40,175 nt of DNA. Source: Anaerolineae bacterium. Lineage in GTDB: Bacteria; Chloroflexota; Anaerolineae; B4-G1; DUEL01. The position numbers were made by a program, and so were the translations under genes. The first letter of the stretch is position 1. Every line of letters begins with the position of its first letter. Below, piece after piece: positions 21,559 through 29,978 of this stretch. The notes below the pieces were generated by a model that was not told where the DNA came from, did no database searches, and saw only the letters and a list, made by a program, of their open reading frames with translations. The DNA is taken from contig JBDOIF010000111.1 of assembly GCA_041082215.1 (NCBI GenBank), positions 62,001 through 102,175 of the forward strand, read 5' to 3'.

Positions 21559-22642
21559 ATGAGCGCAAAAGCCAGGTTCTTGATCGGCGGTGATACGACT
21601 TTGCGGTTGATCAACGTGGTGCCCACTGCTTCCCACACGGTGGTTGAACTGATGATCGAAGACCCGGCGATCACCGGGGCAAAAAGCGCGGCCCAACGCC
21701 TGTATGCGCCTTTGCGTGAATCGGACCTGCACCTGGAGGGCTTTGCTGACCAGACCATTCGTTCTTATGCTATCCGCCCCGCGCTGGGGTGTGAGCACCA
21801 TATCTTGGAACTGGCCCCATTGATTGAACAGGACGCAGCCGTCGTTTTCGAAGTCATTACCCTGCTCAAGCGGCAGCCCGACGGCACTTTCGAGCCGGTG
21901 CCGGGGCCGTGGCGTTTTGAGTTTCAACCGCAGGTGCCGGCCGAACAAATACGCAGCCGGCGCATTCTCTTGAAGCAGGTCGTGCGAACGGATGAGGTGG
22001 AGATCAGACTGGAAGAAATGCTCCTCTCCGCCGACCAAACGGTGCTCTACTACCGATTGGGGGAGCCACCTGAGAGGACGGTTTTCCCGGAAACTCCTCT
22101 GTTGCGCTGGGATGAGCAAGAGGTATGGGGCAGCGGTGGTGTTCCCGGCGCTGATGGTCGCTGGGAGGCCACCTTTCCACCCCTGCCGCCTGATGTGAGG
22201 CAAGTTGCGCTGGTTTTCCCCCCTTTACCGTACGCCAGGATCGGCAGGTCACCTTCAGCCTCACCCTGCCTGAAGTGCGAACGGGTTCGGCTGTGCCTCT
22301 GAACGAAAGTGTCCGGTTGGGGGGGCCACATTCCGTTGCACGTCTCTGGAATTGAAGGGGGAGCAATTTGAGGTGACCTGCGAGCCGACCAATGGGGCTG
22401 CCCGGCGGCAGTGGATGATTGATGGCCTGGGAGAAGCCGTGGACGACCTGGGGAACCGTTACGAGATGATCGGCTCGGGAGGAGGGGCGGTAGAAGGGCC
22501 TTACTACGGGACAATTCCCTCTCAGTTCTTCCTATTCACCGGACCGCTATCCGAAGGGGCGCGGAGGTTGACGATCTCAGGAGATGCTACGGGATATCTG
22601 ACCTCCAGGGTTGAGATCACGCTGTACATATCGTCGCAGTGA
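21559..22642 (+). pseudogene. Hypothetical beta-rich protein split by two homopolymer frameshifts (C6 at 22218-22223, G7 at 22319-22325)
   Basis: Adding one base to each run joins ORF 21559-22302, a middle frame (PFTVRQDRQVTFSLTLPEV...LNESVRLG) and ORF 22352-22642 (GATFRCTSLELKGEQFEV...) into one protein. Confidence 0.6.
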
Positions 22643-22694
22643 ATGAAAGGAGATCGCGAACCCCCGAATCGGGCGAATAGGACGGATTTTCTAC

Positions 22695-22723
22695 TTGCGC
22701 GTTTGGAGAAGCCGTGGTATAGT
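22695..22723 (+). promoter_or_regulatory. Sigma70 promoter of 6S RNA
   Basis: TTGCGC-17 nt-TATAGT with a TG extension. Confidence 0.7.
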
Positions 22724-22729
22724 ATAAAT

Positions 22730-22907
22730 GACCCTGCCGTGACCGTGATCGCTGAACAGGGTTTTGAGCCAACACCTAAAAGGACGGGAACTGTCTCTTC
22801 AGCGGGAATGCGGTAGCCTTCGGGCAAGGCAGACCCCCTGAGCAGGTTCCCACTTGCGAGAGCAGGTTCTCAAAACGAGACAGCACACGGCACGGCGGGG
22901 CACTTTT
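22730..22907 (+). ncRNA. ssrS: 6S RNA
   Basis: About 175 nt rod: CCCTGCCGTGACCGTG/CACGGCACGGCGGGG closing stem, GTTTTGAG/CTCAAAAC and GGGAAC/GTTCCC helices around a central bubble, TTCG apical loop. Has its own promoter and a 3' U-run. Confidence 0.85.
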
Positions 22908-22914
22908 TCCCCTT

Positions 22915-23157
22915 CTAGCCCCCGCCCACCGGCGGGAAGATACCCACCTCGTCGCCGTTCGTCAGAGGATGGCCATCTTCCCGTGCAACCCCGTTGACGA
23001 AGACAACCTTCACGTGGTCCGCCGGCAGCTCCAGCCGCTTCACCAGTTGCCCCACCGTCGCCCCGTCCGGCAGCTCGATCTCCATCGCCTCACCGATACC
23101 TAGTTCAGGATAATATCGGCGGAGCGTGGCGAAGAGCTTCACTCGAACTCTGACCAT
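22915..23157 (-). CDS. MoaD/ThiS family ubiquitin-like sulfur carrier
   Basis: VKLFATLR...VFVNG...GDEVGIFPPVGGG with C-terminal Gly-Gly. Confidence 0.92.
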   Translation of the reverse strand: MVRVRVKLFATLRRYYPELGIGEAMEIELPDGATVGQLVKRLELPADHVKVVFVNGVAREDGHPLTNGDEVGIFPPVGGG

Positions 23158-23170
23158 CGGTTTCCTTCCC

Positions 23171-24577
23171 TCACCTTTCCAGCTCGCTCCAGATTCGCAC
23201 CAGATGTCCGATATCCTCACACACCAGGTCCGGCTGTACCGGGGAGGCGATGAGGTCGGCCCGGGTGGTGATGCCGGAGAGGACCAGGATGGTGAACAGC
23301 CCCAGCCGGACCCCGCCGGCGATGTCCGTATCCAGCCGGTCCCCCAGGACGCCGGTGGTTTCCGGGACAGCGCCCATCCGTCGCATCGCCTCCCGATACA
23401 GCCAGGGTTCCGGCTTGCCGATGACCAGCGGCTCCGTACCGGTGGCGGCCCGGAGCGCGGCCAGCTCGGCTCCGGTCCCTGGCACCAGCCCCTCTTCGCT
23501 GGGGAAGCTCACGTCCGGGTTGGTGCCGATGAGCGCTGCCCCGCCCCGGATCAAGAGCGCCGCCCGGGCCAGCTTCTCCCACGTCAGCCCTCGATCCCAC
23601 CCGACGATCACGTAACGGGCCTCGTCCTCTGCGAGCCGGAACCCCCGCTCGGCCAGCGCAGCCCGCAGGCCCTCCTCACCGATGACGTAGACAGGCGTCC
23701 CCTCCGGTTCGCGGGAGGCCAGGTAGGCGGCAGTGGCCTGGGCCGAGGTCAGGATACACTCCAGCGGCACCTCTACCCCGAAGCGGGCCAGTTGCTCCAT
23801 ATATTGTTCTGCCCGCCTGCTGGCGTTGTTGGTCGCCATAATGAACCGGACCCCCCGTTGTTGCAGAAAGTCGAAGAACCCCTGGAGCCCGTCCATCGGC
23901 CGACCGCCCCGCCAGAGCACGCCGTCCATATCTATAATCAGGTGGCGGATATGGCGAAGAGCAGAGGGTTTCGAATCCGGGGAGGGAGGAAGGTACAGGG
24001 ACAGCCGCCGATAGTCCTCTGGTGTGTCCACGTCCATCAGGAGGGTGGAATCCTCCACTTCCACAGTCGCCACCTCTTCCGCATAGCGGGCGATGAGTTC
24101 CCTTCCCCCCGTATCCCCCTCCACACCGGCCAGCTCCGGGAAGAGGGAGCGGTGGAAGAGGACGGGGGTGGCCCGTCGCCCCCCGGCGACCGGGTGGACG
24201 ATCCGGGCCTTGCCTTCCTGGAAACGTTCGATCAGGCGGCGGAGCAGGCTGGCCGGGACCAGGGGCTGGTCGGCCTGGAGGAAGACGGCCCCTTCTACGT
24301 CGGGCGGGAGGACGGCCAGGCCAGCCTGGACGGAGGTGCTGAGCCCTTCCTCCCAGCGCCAGTTCATTACCAGCACAACGGGGCGGCCGGCTACGGCGGC
24401 ACGGACCTCCTCTGCCGCATGGCCCAGCACAACGGCGACCGGGTCAAGCCCTGCTGCCAGGGCCGCGTCCGCCGCACGGACGACGAAGGGTTTCCCTTCC
24501 CAATCCAGAAGCTGCTTGGGCCGGCCGAAGCGGGAGGAGCCGCCAGCAGCCAGCACAACCCCGGCAATCCGGCTCAT
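23171..24577 (-). CDS. Fusion of MocA/YgfJ-like molybdenum cofactor nucleotidyltransferase and HAD-IIA (NagD-like) phosphatase
   Basis: N-half: VVLAAGGSSRFGRPKQLL, GLSTSV, ADQP, GDTGGR, DVDTPEDY. C-half: IIDMDGVLW, TNNA, TNPD, GKP, GDRLDTDI, VLSG. ATGA overlap with yqeC. Confidence 0.88.
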   Translation of the reverse strand: MSRIAGVVLAAGGSSRFGRPKQLLDWEGKPFVVRAADAALAAGLDPVAVVLGHAAEEVRAAVAGRPVVLVMNWRWEEGLSTSVQAGLAVLPPDVEGAVFLQADQPLVPASLLRRLIERFQEGKARIVHPVAGGRRATPVLFHRSLFPELAGVEGDTGGRELIARYAEEVATVEVEDSTLLMDVDTPEDYRRLSLYLPPSPDSKPSALRHIRHLIIDMDGVLWRGGRPMDGLQGFFDFLQQRGVRFIMATNNASRRAEQYMEQLARFGVEVPLECILTSAQATAAYLASREPEGTPVYVIGEEGLRAALAERGFRLAEDEARYVIVGWDRGLTWEKLARAALLIRGGAALIGTNPDVSFPSEEGLVPGTGAELAALRAATGTEPLVIGKPEPWLYREAMRRMGAVPETTGVLGDRLDTDIAGGVRLGLFTILVLSGITTRADLIASPVQPDLVCEDIGHLVRIWSELER

Positions 24578-25356
24578 ATCCACACCTCCAGGACGGGATC
24601 GGTGCGGTGCAGGTCGGCCAGCACCACCCGGCGGATGCGCCGGCCCAGGAGCAGAAGCCGTGCGACGTCTGCCGCCTGGGGGTGGGGGGATGCGTCCTGC
24701 TGAGTAAGGAGGACGACCGCTTCGGCGCGGGCCGGAACGCCTTTCAGGCCGCCGGAGGCGTGGCCGACCAGGCTGGCGAAGAGATCGGGGGTGAGGGAGG
24801 TGGCGGGTGGGACGTGGAGCAACTGGGCGGCCGCTGGGGCGCTTTGAGGTACGGACTCCTCCAGCGGTCGGCCCAGGGCTGCCAGCCCTGCCAGAACCAC
24901 CACCCGGTTTGCGGCTGGCGGGATTCGAGGCTCCCCCGGCACTCTCAGCGGTTGCTCCTGTTCTGTGTCCGCTTCCACCACCCAGGTCACGCCGGGCAGC
25001 CTCCGCGCCAGCTCCCCCAGCAGCTCCGGTTGTATCCCCTGCAGCCGGACCGGCTCAGCCGGGTAGGGACTTTGGGCTACCAGGCGGGGATCGGTGTGTC
25101 CCACCCTTCCGGCGGCCAGGACCAGGGCCGGCGAATCGGCCAGAGCGGAGGCGATAGCAGCAGGCTCCGGCCGTGGGGAAAGGATCAGCGGAGCCCCTTT
25201 GGGCAGGAGGATTTCCGTGGTGGTGGTGAGGACAACGGGTGAATCCGCGGAGACCAGGAGCCGAAGTGTCTTCCAGGCCGCCCTTACCCGGCCTCTCCCT
25301 CCGACGAAAGCAACCAGCTCACCGGGCTGTATCCCAAGGGCCTCTTCCAGCTTCAT
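24574..25356 (-). CDS. yqeC: YqeC-like selenium-cofactor biosynthesis protein (degenerate P-loop)
   Basis: ELVAFVGGRGR, VVLTTTT, VVEAD..QPLRVP..EPRIP, GLAALGRPL, GGLKGVP; adjacent to a MocA-like gene. Confidence 0.72.
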   Translation of the reverse strand: MKLEEALGIQPGELVAFVGGRGRVRAAWKTLRLLVSADSPVVLTTTTEILLPKGAPLILSPRPEPAAIASALADSPALVLAAGRVGHTDPRLVAQSPYPAEPVRLQGIQPELLGELARRLPGVTWVVEADTEQEQPLRVPGEPRIPPAANRVVVLAGLAALGRPLEESVPQSAPAAAQLLHVPPATSLTPDLFASLVGHASGGLKGVPARAEAVVLLTQQDASPHPQAADVARLLLLGRRIRRVVLADLHRTDPVLEVWI

Positions 25357-25484
25357 CAGAGCCTATTGTAACAGAAAAGCGGGGAGGAGGCAAAGGGGAC
25401 CTGCAGGACGAGCCTGGCGGCCTGCCGCCAGGGATGACCGACCGGCGAGGCTCTGCGATGGCCCAGAAATCAGCGTTTTTTGGA

Positions 25485-25513
25485 TTGAAAAAAGGCAGGA
25501 GTTGGGGTATAAT
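25485..25513 (+). promoter_or_regulatory. Sigma70 promoter
   Basis: TTGAAA-17 nt-TATAAT upstream of the 25612/25627 ORF. Confidence 0.7.
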
Positions 25514-25611
25514 AAAGAAAGCGAAGCCCGACTTCCAAGGGGGTGATTGCGGGAAGAAAGAAATGGGGTAAAATGGGCATAGCTCATCATAAGCTGTTTT
25601 GAGAGACGCGA

Positions 25612-26643
25612 GTGAGGGGAGTGGTGATGAGAAGGTGTAGGGGATCGGTCTGTTCAGCTACTGGCATAGGGCTGGTCCTGCTGATCGTCGGCTTCCTCTT
25701 CGTCTCTCCGACAGCAGCGGCCCCGGGTGGGCAAACCCCTTTCCCGACGGGGGAGGAGGAATATTTCAATAGCACTGGCCATTATGTCAAGGGGCCGTTT
25801 CTCGATTTCTACCGCACCCGCGGTGGGGCACGCATTTTCGGCTACCCTCTGACGGAGGTCTTCTACGATCAACGGATCGGGCTCTGGGTGCAGTATTTCG
25901 ACAACGTGCGGATGGAGTGGCATCCTGAAAACCCGGAGCCGTACAGGGTTCAATTGGGGTTGCTGGCTGAACTGCTAGGCCATCGTTACCCGCCGATTCC
26001 CTCTTCTCAAATCCCCGGAGGCAATCCCTACCGCCGTTATTTTCCAGAAACAGGCCATGTGGTCTCCTTCGCTTTCCTGGTCTTTTACGACCAGAACGGG
26101 GGACTGGACATCTTCGGCTACCCCATCTCGGAGCCGATGGTGGAAAATGGGCGCATCGTCCAGTACTTCCAGCGCGCCCGGATGGAGTGGCACCCCGAGC
26201 GACCGAAGGAGGAGCGGGTGGTGCTGGGGGCCCTGGGGCAGGCCTACATCCAGCGGTTCGGAGTACCCGAGGAGTATCAGAGACGCCAGTCTCCTCCGGC
26301 CAGCCCTTCACGGGACGCCCTGACGTTTGAGGACAGCACCAGCATCAACGTGTGGGCTTTCGTGCGCAATGTGATTACCGGCCGTGAGGGGTATCAAACG
26401 GTCTACATCTATGTGACCGATGCCGCGCGGCGGCCGGCAAGCGGCGCTACCGCCACGGTGGCGGTCCATTTTCCTTCCGGAACCGTGCAGTACACTGCCG
26501 GGCCAACGGACAACCGGGGTATCGCCAGTGTGACCTTCCCCGTCCACGCCCTTCCGCCCGGTCAGAAGATCATTGTGGATGTGACCGTGCGGTTCGGGCA
26601 ACAGACCTGGACAACGCAGACCTTCTTCGTGCCCTGGTACTGA
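25612..26643 (+). CDS. Secreted protein with two Chloroflexota-type YFPETGH/FGYP(I/L)(S/T)E repeats and a C-terminal Ig-like domain
   Basis: Signal peptide; YFNSTGHYV..FGYPLTE..VQYF..RMEWHPE repeated twice; C-terminal TDNRGIASVTF. Start may be ATG 25627. Confidence 0.82.
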   Translation: MRGVVMRRCRGSVCSATGIGLVLLIVGFLFVSPTAAAPGGQTPFPTGEEEYFNSTGHYVKGPFLDFYRTRGGARIFGYPLTEVFYDQRIGLWVQYFDNVRMEWHPENPEPYRVQLGLLAELLGHRYPPIPSSQIPGGNPYRRYFPETGHVVSFAFLVFYDQNGGLDIFGYPISEPMVENGRIVQYFQRARMEWHPERPKEERVVLGALGQAYIQRFGVPEEYQRRQSPPASPSRDALTFEDSTSINVWAFVRNVITGREGYQTVYIYVTDAARRPASGATATVAVHFPSGTVQYTAGPTDNRGIASVTFPVHALPPGQKIIVDVTVRFGQQTWTTQTFFVPWY

Positions 26644-26694
26644 TGCCTGCGGACGACCTCCCTTTCGGGTGCGGAGCCTGTGGGGAGCCGTGCC

Positions 26695-26919
26695 CTAATG
26701 GGAGGTTTCCTGTTCCTCCTCTTCCCCCTCTTCCCAGCCGATGATCCAGACGCAGAGGCCGGCCAGGCCGATGGTCGCGACGATGAGCGCTGCCCATTGC
26801 CCTGGCTCCAACCCCACATCCCGGGCCGACCAGATCAGGATGGCGACCATCCCAACAGCCAGGACGAACCAGGCGGTCAGCCGGGGGTGGCGTTTCACAA
26901 AGGCGATCAATCCCGACAT
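26695..26919 (-). CDS. Small two-helix membrane protein with acidic tail
   Basis: Two hydrophobic segments; AGGAG RBS. Confidence 0.7.
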   Translation of the reverse strand: MSGLIAFVKRHPRLTAWFVLAVGMVAILIWSARDVGLEPGQWAALIVATIGLAGLCVWIIGWEEGEEEEQETSH

Positions 26920-26968
26920 CGTCTCTTCTCCTGCTCCTTACGCGGTCTTGGGATGGGCTAAGCGGCCC

Positions 26969-27472
26969 TCAGATCGGCCTCAACACCCGGTCCTCCCGGA
27001 GCTGCTTGAGGACGACCCAGTTCTCGTTGGGGTTGGCCTCTCGGGCTGCCTCCCGCCACGGCCTGGGCAGGGCAGCTACTTTCTGCGGGCCGTAGCCGAA
27101 GGTCTCCCAGTAGCTGAGCATGCCCAGCGACATGGGGGGAGGCAGAAAGAGGATCACCACCTCGCACTCAAGCTGGCGGGCTGCCTCTTCCATAGCGGAG
27201 AGGAGCGCGTGGCCGGCCGCGACGCGGAACCGGGCGGGAAAGATCAGGAAATCCGTCACCCGGGCGACCAGGTCCTCCACGTGCCATCCCAGCAGTCCTA
27301 CCAGCCCCTCGCCTGCTTCTGCCAGGAGGAAGCTGGTCGGACCGAAGCGCCGCAGCACCTCCTCGGGGGTCACCGGTCGCCCTGATGGCCGCGCCCTGTT
27401 GACAAAGGCGACGATCCGCTCCACGTCGGATGGACGGGCACGGTAGACTGCAAGCTCTGGTATCTGCTCCAT
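26969..27472 (-). CDS. GNAT-fold acetyltransferase-like protein
   Basis: RARPSDV, FLLAEAGEGLVG, GHALLSAMEEAARQLECE, YWETFGY. TATAAT just upstream on the minus strand. Confidence 0.75.
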   Translation of the reverse strand: MEQIPELAVYRARPSDVERIVAFVNRARPSGRPVTPEEVLRRFGPTSFLLAEAGEGLVGLLGWHVEDLVARVTDFLIFPARFRVAAGHALLSAMEEAARQLECEVVILFLPPPMSLGMLSYWETFGYGPQKVAALPRPWREAAREANPNENWVVLKQLREDRVLRPI

Positions 27473-27529
27473 CTGCCAGAAAATTATACCCCAATTCTCC
27501 GGTTCAACAACTTTCCCTACCCGGTGTTT

Positions 27530-27555
27530 CTCTGTGCCCTCCGTGCCTCTGCGGT
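27530..27555. repeat. Dispersed CTCTGTGCCCTCCGTGCCTC repeat
   Basis: Core identical to the 8258 copy. Confidence 0.7.
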
Positions 27556-27639
27556 TCTTCTCCTGGGACTCGGGGTGCTTTGACCCTCAACCCTCACCAG
27601 GATACAAAGGCGCGGAGCGTCCTCAAAGGGTAGAAAAAA

Positions 27640-27797
27640 CGTAACTGCCTGCCCCGGGGGTTAATCGCTCCGCCTGGCCCTCACCCCACCTCCGCCCGCC
27701 TGCGGCGGGCACCCCCTCCCCTCCACCGCGCGGCGGGAGAGGGGAGGGGGCAGGGGGAGGGGTGAGGGCCCAAACTATCACCAGGTAGGTAGTTACG
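27640..27797. mobile_element. MITE-like element with CGTAACT(G/A)CCT TIRs, AAAAAA flanking duplication and an internal CCCTCACCCC/GGGGTGAGGG REP-like hairpin
   Basis: CGTAACTGCCT (27640) / AGGTAGTTACG (27797); AAAAAA at 27634-27639 and 27798-27803; perfect 12-bp inverted repeat 27676-27687/27759-27770. Confidence 0.7.
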
Positions 27798-27918
27798 AAA
27801 AAACCTTCATCTCCTGGTGTCTTCTATCGGCGTTTGTCGCTTTCCTCCTATATGTTATAATTGAATCCGTGGTTCCTGTGAACACAAACGAGCCGAATCA
27901 GATAGGAGGGAACAGGCA

Positions 27919-28101
27919 GTGGCAGGGAGGTCGAAGTCGCATCGCAATCAGCGGCTCTTCTGGATCCTCAGTCTGATCGTGGTGCTCAGCATGGCGTTCG
28001 GGCTGGTGGTCTCCTTCACCCCCCGCCCGCCACAGGTCACGCCGACGGCTATCCCCAGCCCCACTCCCTTCCCAACCCGAACCCCCACGGCGGCCCCTTA
28101 G
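27919..28101 (+). CDS. Small single-TM protein with Pro/Thr tail
   Basis: GGAGG RBS; basic N-terminus, one TM helix, PT-rich tail; TGTTATAAT promoter at about 27853-27861. Confidence 0.6.
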   Translation: MAGRSKSHRNQRLFWILSLIVVLSMAFGLVVSFTPRPPQVTPTAIPSPTPFPTRTPTAAP

Positions 28102-28110
28102 GAGGAGACA

Positions 28111-29799
28111 ATGGCCCCCATAGGTGCGTTTACCTTTGTCCTCCACAGCCACCTGCCCTACTGCCGGAGGGCAGGCCGCTGGCCCCACGGTGAGGAGTGG
28201 CTGCACGAGGCGGCTGCGGAGACCTACGTCCCCCTCCTCAACGCCCTCACCGACCTGCATGAGGAGGGGGTCCCCATCCACCTCACCCTGGGCCTCACCC
28301 CCGTCCTCTGTGAGCAACTGGCCGATCCCCTGGTCCAGGACCACTTTGTGGCCTACGTCGAAGAGAAGATCGCCGCTGCCGGGGCGGACCTCCCCCGGTT
28401 TCAGGAAGAGGACAACCCCCACGCCGCCTATCTGGCGACCTTTTATCGGGACTGGTACGCGGGCATCCTGCGGTCGTTCCGCGAGCGGTACGGGAGGGAC
28501 ATCCTGGCTGGCTTCCGTCGGCTCCAGGATGCAGGGGTGATCGAGGTGGTCACCTCGGCGGCCACCCACGGTTATCTCCCCCTCCTGGGAAGCGACGGGG
28601 CGATCCGCGGCCAGTTGCGGACGGGGATCGCCTCCTACCGCCGTCACTTCGGCCGTGCCCCCCGCGCCATCTGGCTGCCGGAATGCGCCTACCGCCCCGC
28701 CTATATCGCCGACGACGGCGTTGTTCGCCCGGGCCTGGAGCGCTTCCTGGCCGAGGAGGGACTGGGCTGTTTCTTCGTCGAGACCCACACCGTTGAGGGG
28801 GGGCGGCCGGTGGGGAAGGCGGCAGGAGACGCCATCGGCCCTTATGGCGACATCAAACGCAACTACGTCGTCCCCCTGCAGCAGTTCGACCTGCCCGACC
28901 GGCCCCGCACCACCTACCGCCCCTACTACGTGATGGATACCACGCCGGGGGTGGCGGCGGAGCACTCCGGCGTGGCCGCCATCGGCCGCAACAACCGCAC
29001 CGGCATGCAGGTCTGGTCCGCCGACTGGGGTTACCCCGGCGACTACGACTACCGGGAGTTCCACAAAAAGGACCACATCTCTGGCCTCCAGTACTGGCGG
29101 GTGACAGGGGCACGGGTGGACCTGGGACAGAAGGACTGGTATCACCCCGATTGGGCCCGGTATAAGGTCGGTGAGCATGCCCGCCACTTCGCCTGGCTGG
29201 TGACCGATCTCCTGGAGCAGTACCATGCCGAGACGGGACGGTTCGGTCTCATCGCCTCCAACTACGATACGGAGCTTTTCGGCCACTGGTGGTTCGAGGG
29301 GGTGGACTGGATCCGGGAGGTGCTCCGCATCCTGGCCGGCTCCGAACGGGTGGAGCTGACCACTGCCAGCGGGTACCTGGAGGTCCATCCGCCGGACGAG
29401 GTGCTGGCCCTGCCGGAAAGCTCCTGGGGGCTGGGCGGTGGCCACTGGACCTGGGACAATCCGGAGACCCACTGGATGTGGAGGCCGGTCCACGAGGCGG
29501 AACGGCGAATGGCCGGGATCGTCCGGCGCAGGGCTGGGAGCGCGTCGCCGGATGAGGAGGCGGTGCTCAACCAGGCGGCGCGGGAGCTGTTGCTGCTGGA
29601 AGCGTCCGACTGGCCGTTTCTGGTGACCACCGGGCAGGCGCGGGAGTACGCCATCCAGCGGTTCACTGCCCACGTAGAGCGGTTCGAGCAGTTGGTCGGC
29701 TCTGTCGAGGCAGGCCGGCCCGACCGGGCGCTGGCGGAGGAGCTGTGGGAGCTGGATAAGCTCTTCCCCGATGTGGATTTCCGGTGGTGGGGAGAATGA
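28111..29799 (+). CDS. GH57 1,4-alpha-glucan branching enzyme (DUF1957 C-terminal)
   Basis: VLHSHLPY, EEWLHEAAAETYVP, ATHGYLPL, WLPECAY, YDTELFGHWWFEG, SSWG, ELLLLEASDWPF. Confidence 0.92.
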   Translation: MAPIGAFTFVLHSHLPYCRRAGRWPHGEEWLHEAAAETYVPLLNALTDLHEEGVPIHLTLGLTPVLCEQLADPLVQDHFVAYVEEKIAAAGADLPRFQEEDNPHAAYLATFYRDWYAGILRSFRERYGRDILAGFRRLQDAGVIEVVTSAATHGYLPLLGSDGAIRGQLRTGIASYRRHFGRAPRAIWLPECAYRPAYIADDGVVRPGLERFLAEEGLGCFFVETHTVEGGRPVGKAAGDAIGPYGDIKRNYVVPLQQFDLPDRPRTTYRPYYVMDTTPGVAAEHSGVAAIGRNNRTGMQVWSADWGYPGDYDYREFHKKDHISGLQYWRVTGARVDLGQKDWYHPDWARYKVGEHARHFAWLVTDLLEQYHAETGRFGLIASNYDTELFGHWWFEGVDWIREVLRILAGSERVELTTASGYLEVHPPDEVLALPESSWGLGGGHWTWDNPETHWMWRPVHEAERRMAGIVRRRAGSASPDEEAVLNQAARELLLLEASDWPFLVTTGQAREYAIQRFTAHVERFEQLVGSVEAGRPDRALAEELWELDKLFPDVDFRWWGE

Positions 29800-29966
29800 T
29801 TGAAGCAGGGGCTGTTGAGGAATATCGAAAGCGGTGGCAGGTGGTCGCCGCTCTGGAGGCCGCCGAGCGGCGGGATACGCCGATGGATGTACGCTGGCGG
29901 CAGAGGAGATCGAGCCACTCCTGTGGGCTTGGATCGCGTTTCCAGGTGATGGTCATCCTGTTGTAA
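29796..29966 (+). pseudogene. Short remnant ORF coupled to the branching enzyme stop; resembles small proteins found next to nucleotidyltransferase TA-like modules
   Basis: ATGA overlap; MIEAGAVEEYRKRWQVVAALEAAERRDTPMDVRWRQ, then an apparent break in frame. Family resemblance from memory only. Confidence 0.35.
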
Positions 29967-29978
29967 TGGGAGAGGAAA

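Noticed and set aside
25380..25470. Moco/Wco riboswitch upstream of yqeC
   Set aside because: Only a simple CCTGGCGGC/GCCGCCAGG hairpin is visible, and the likely yqeC -10 box lies downstream of it.
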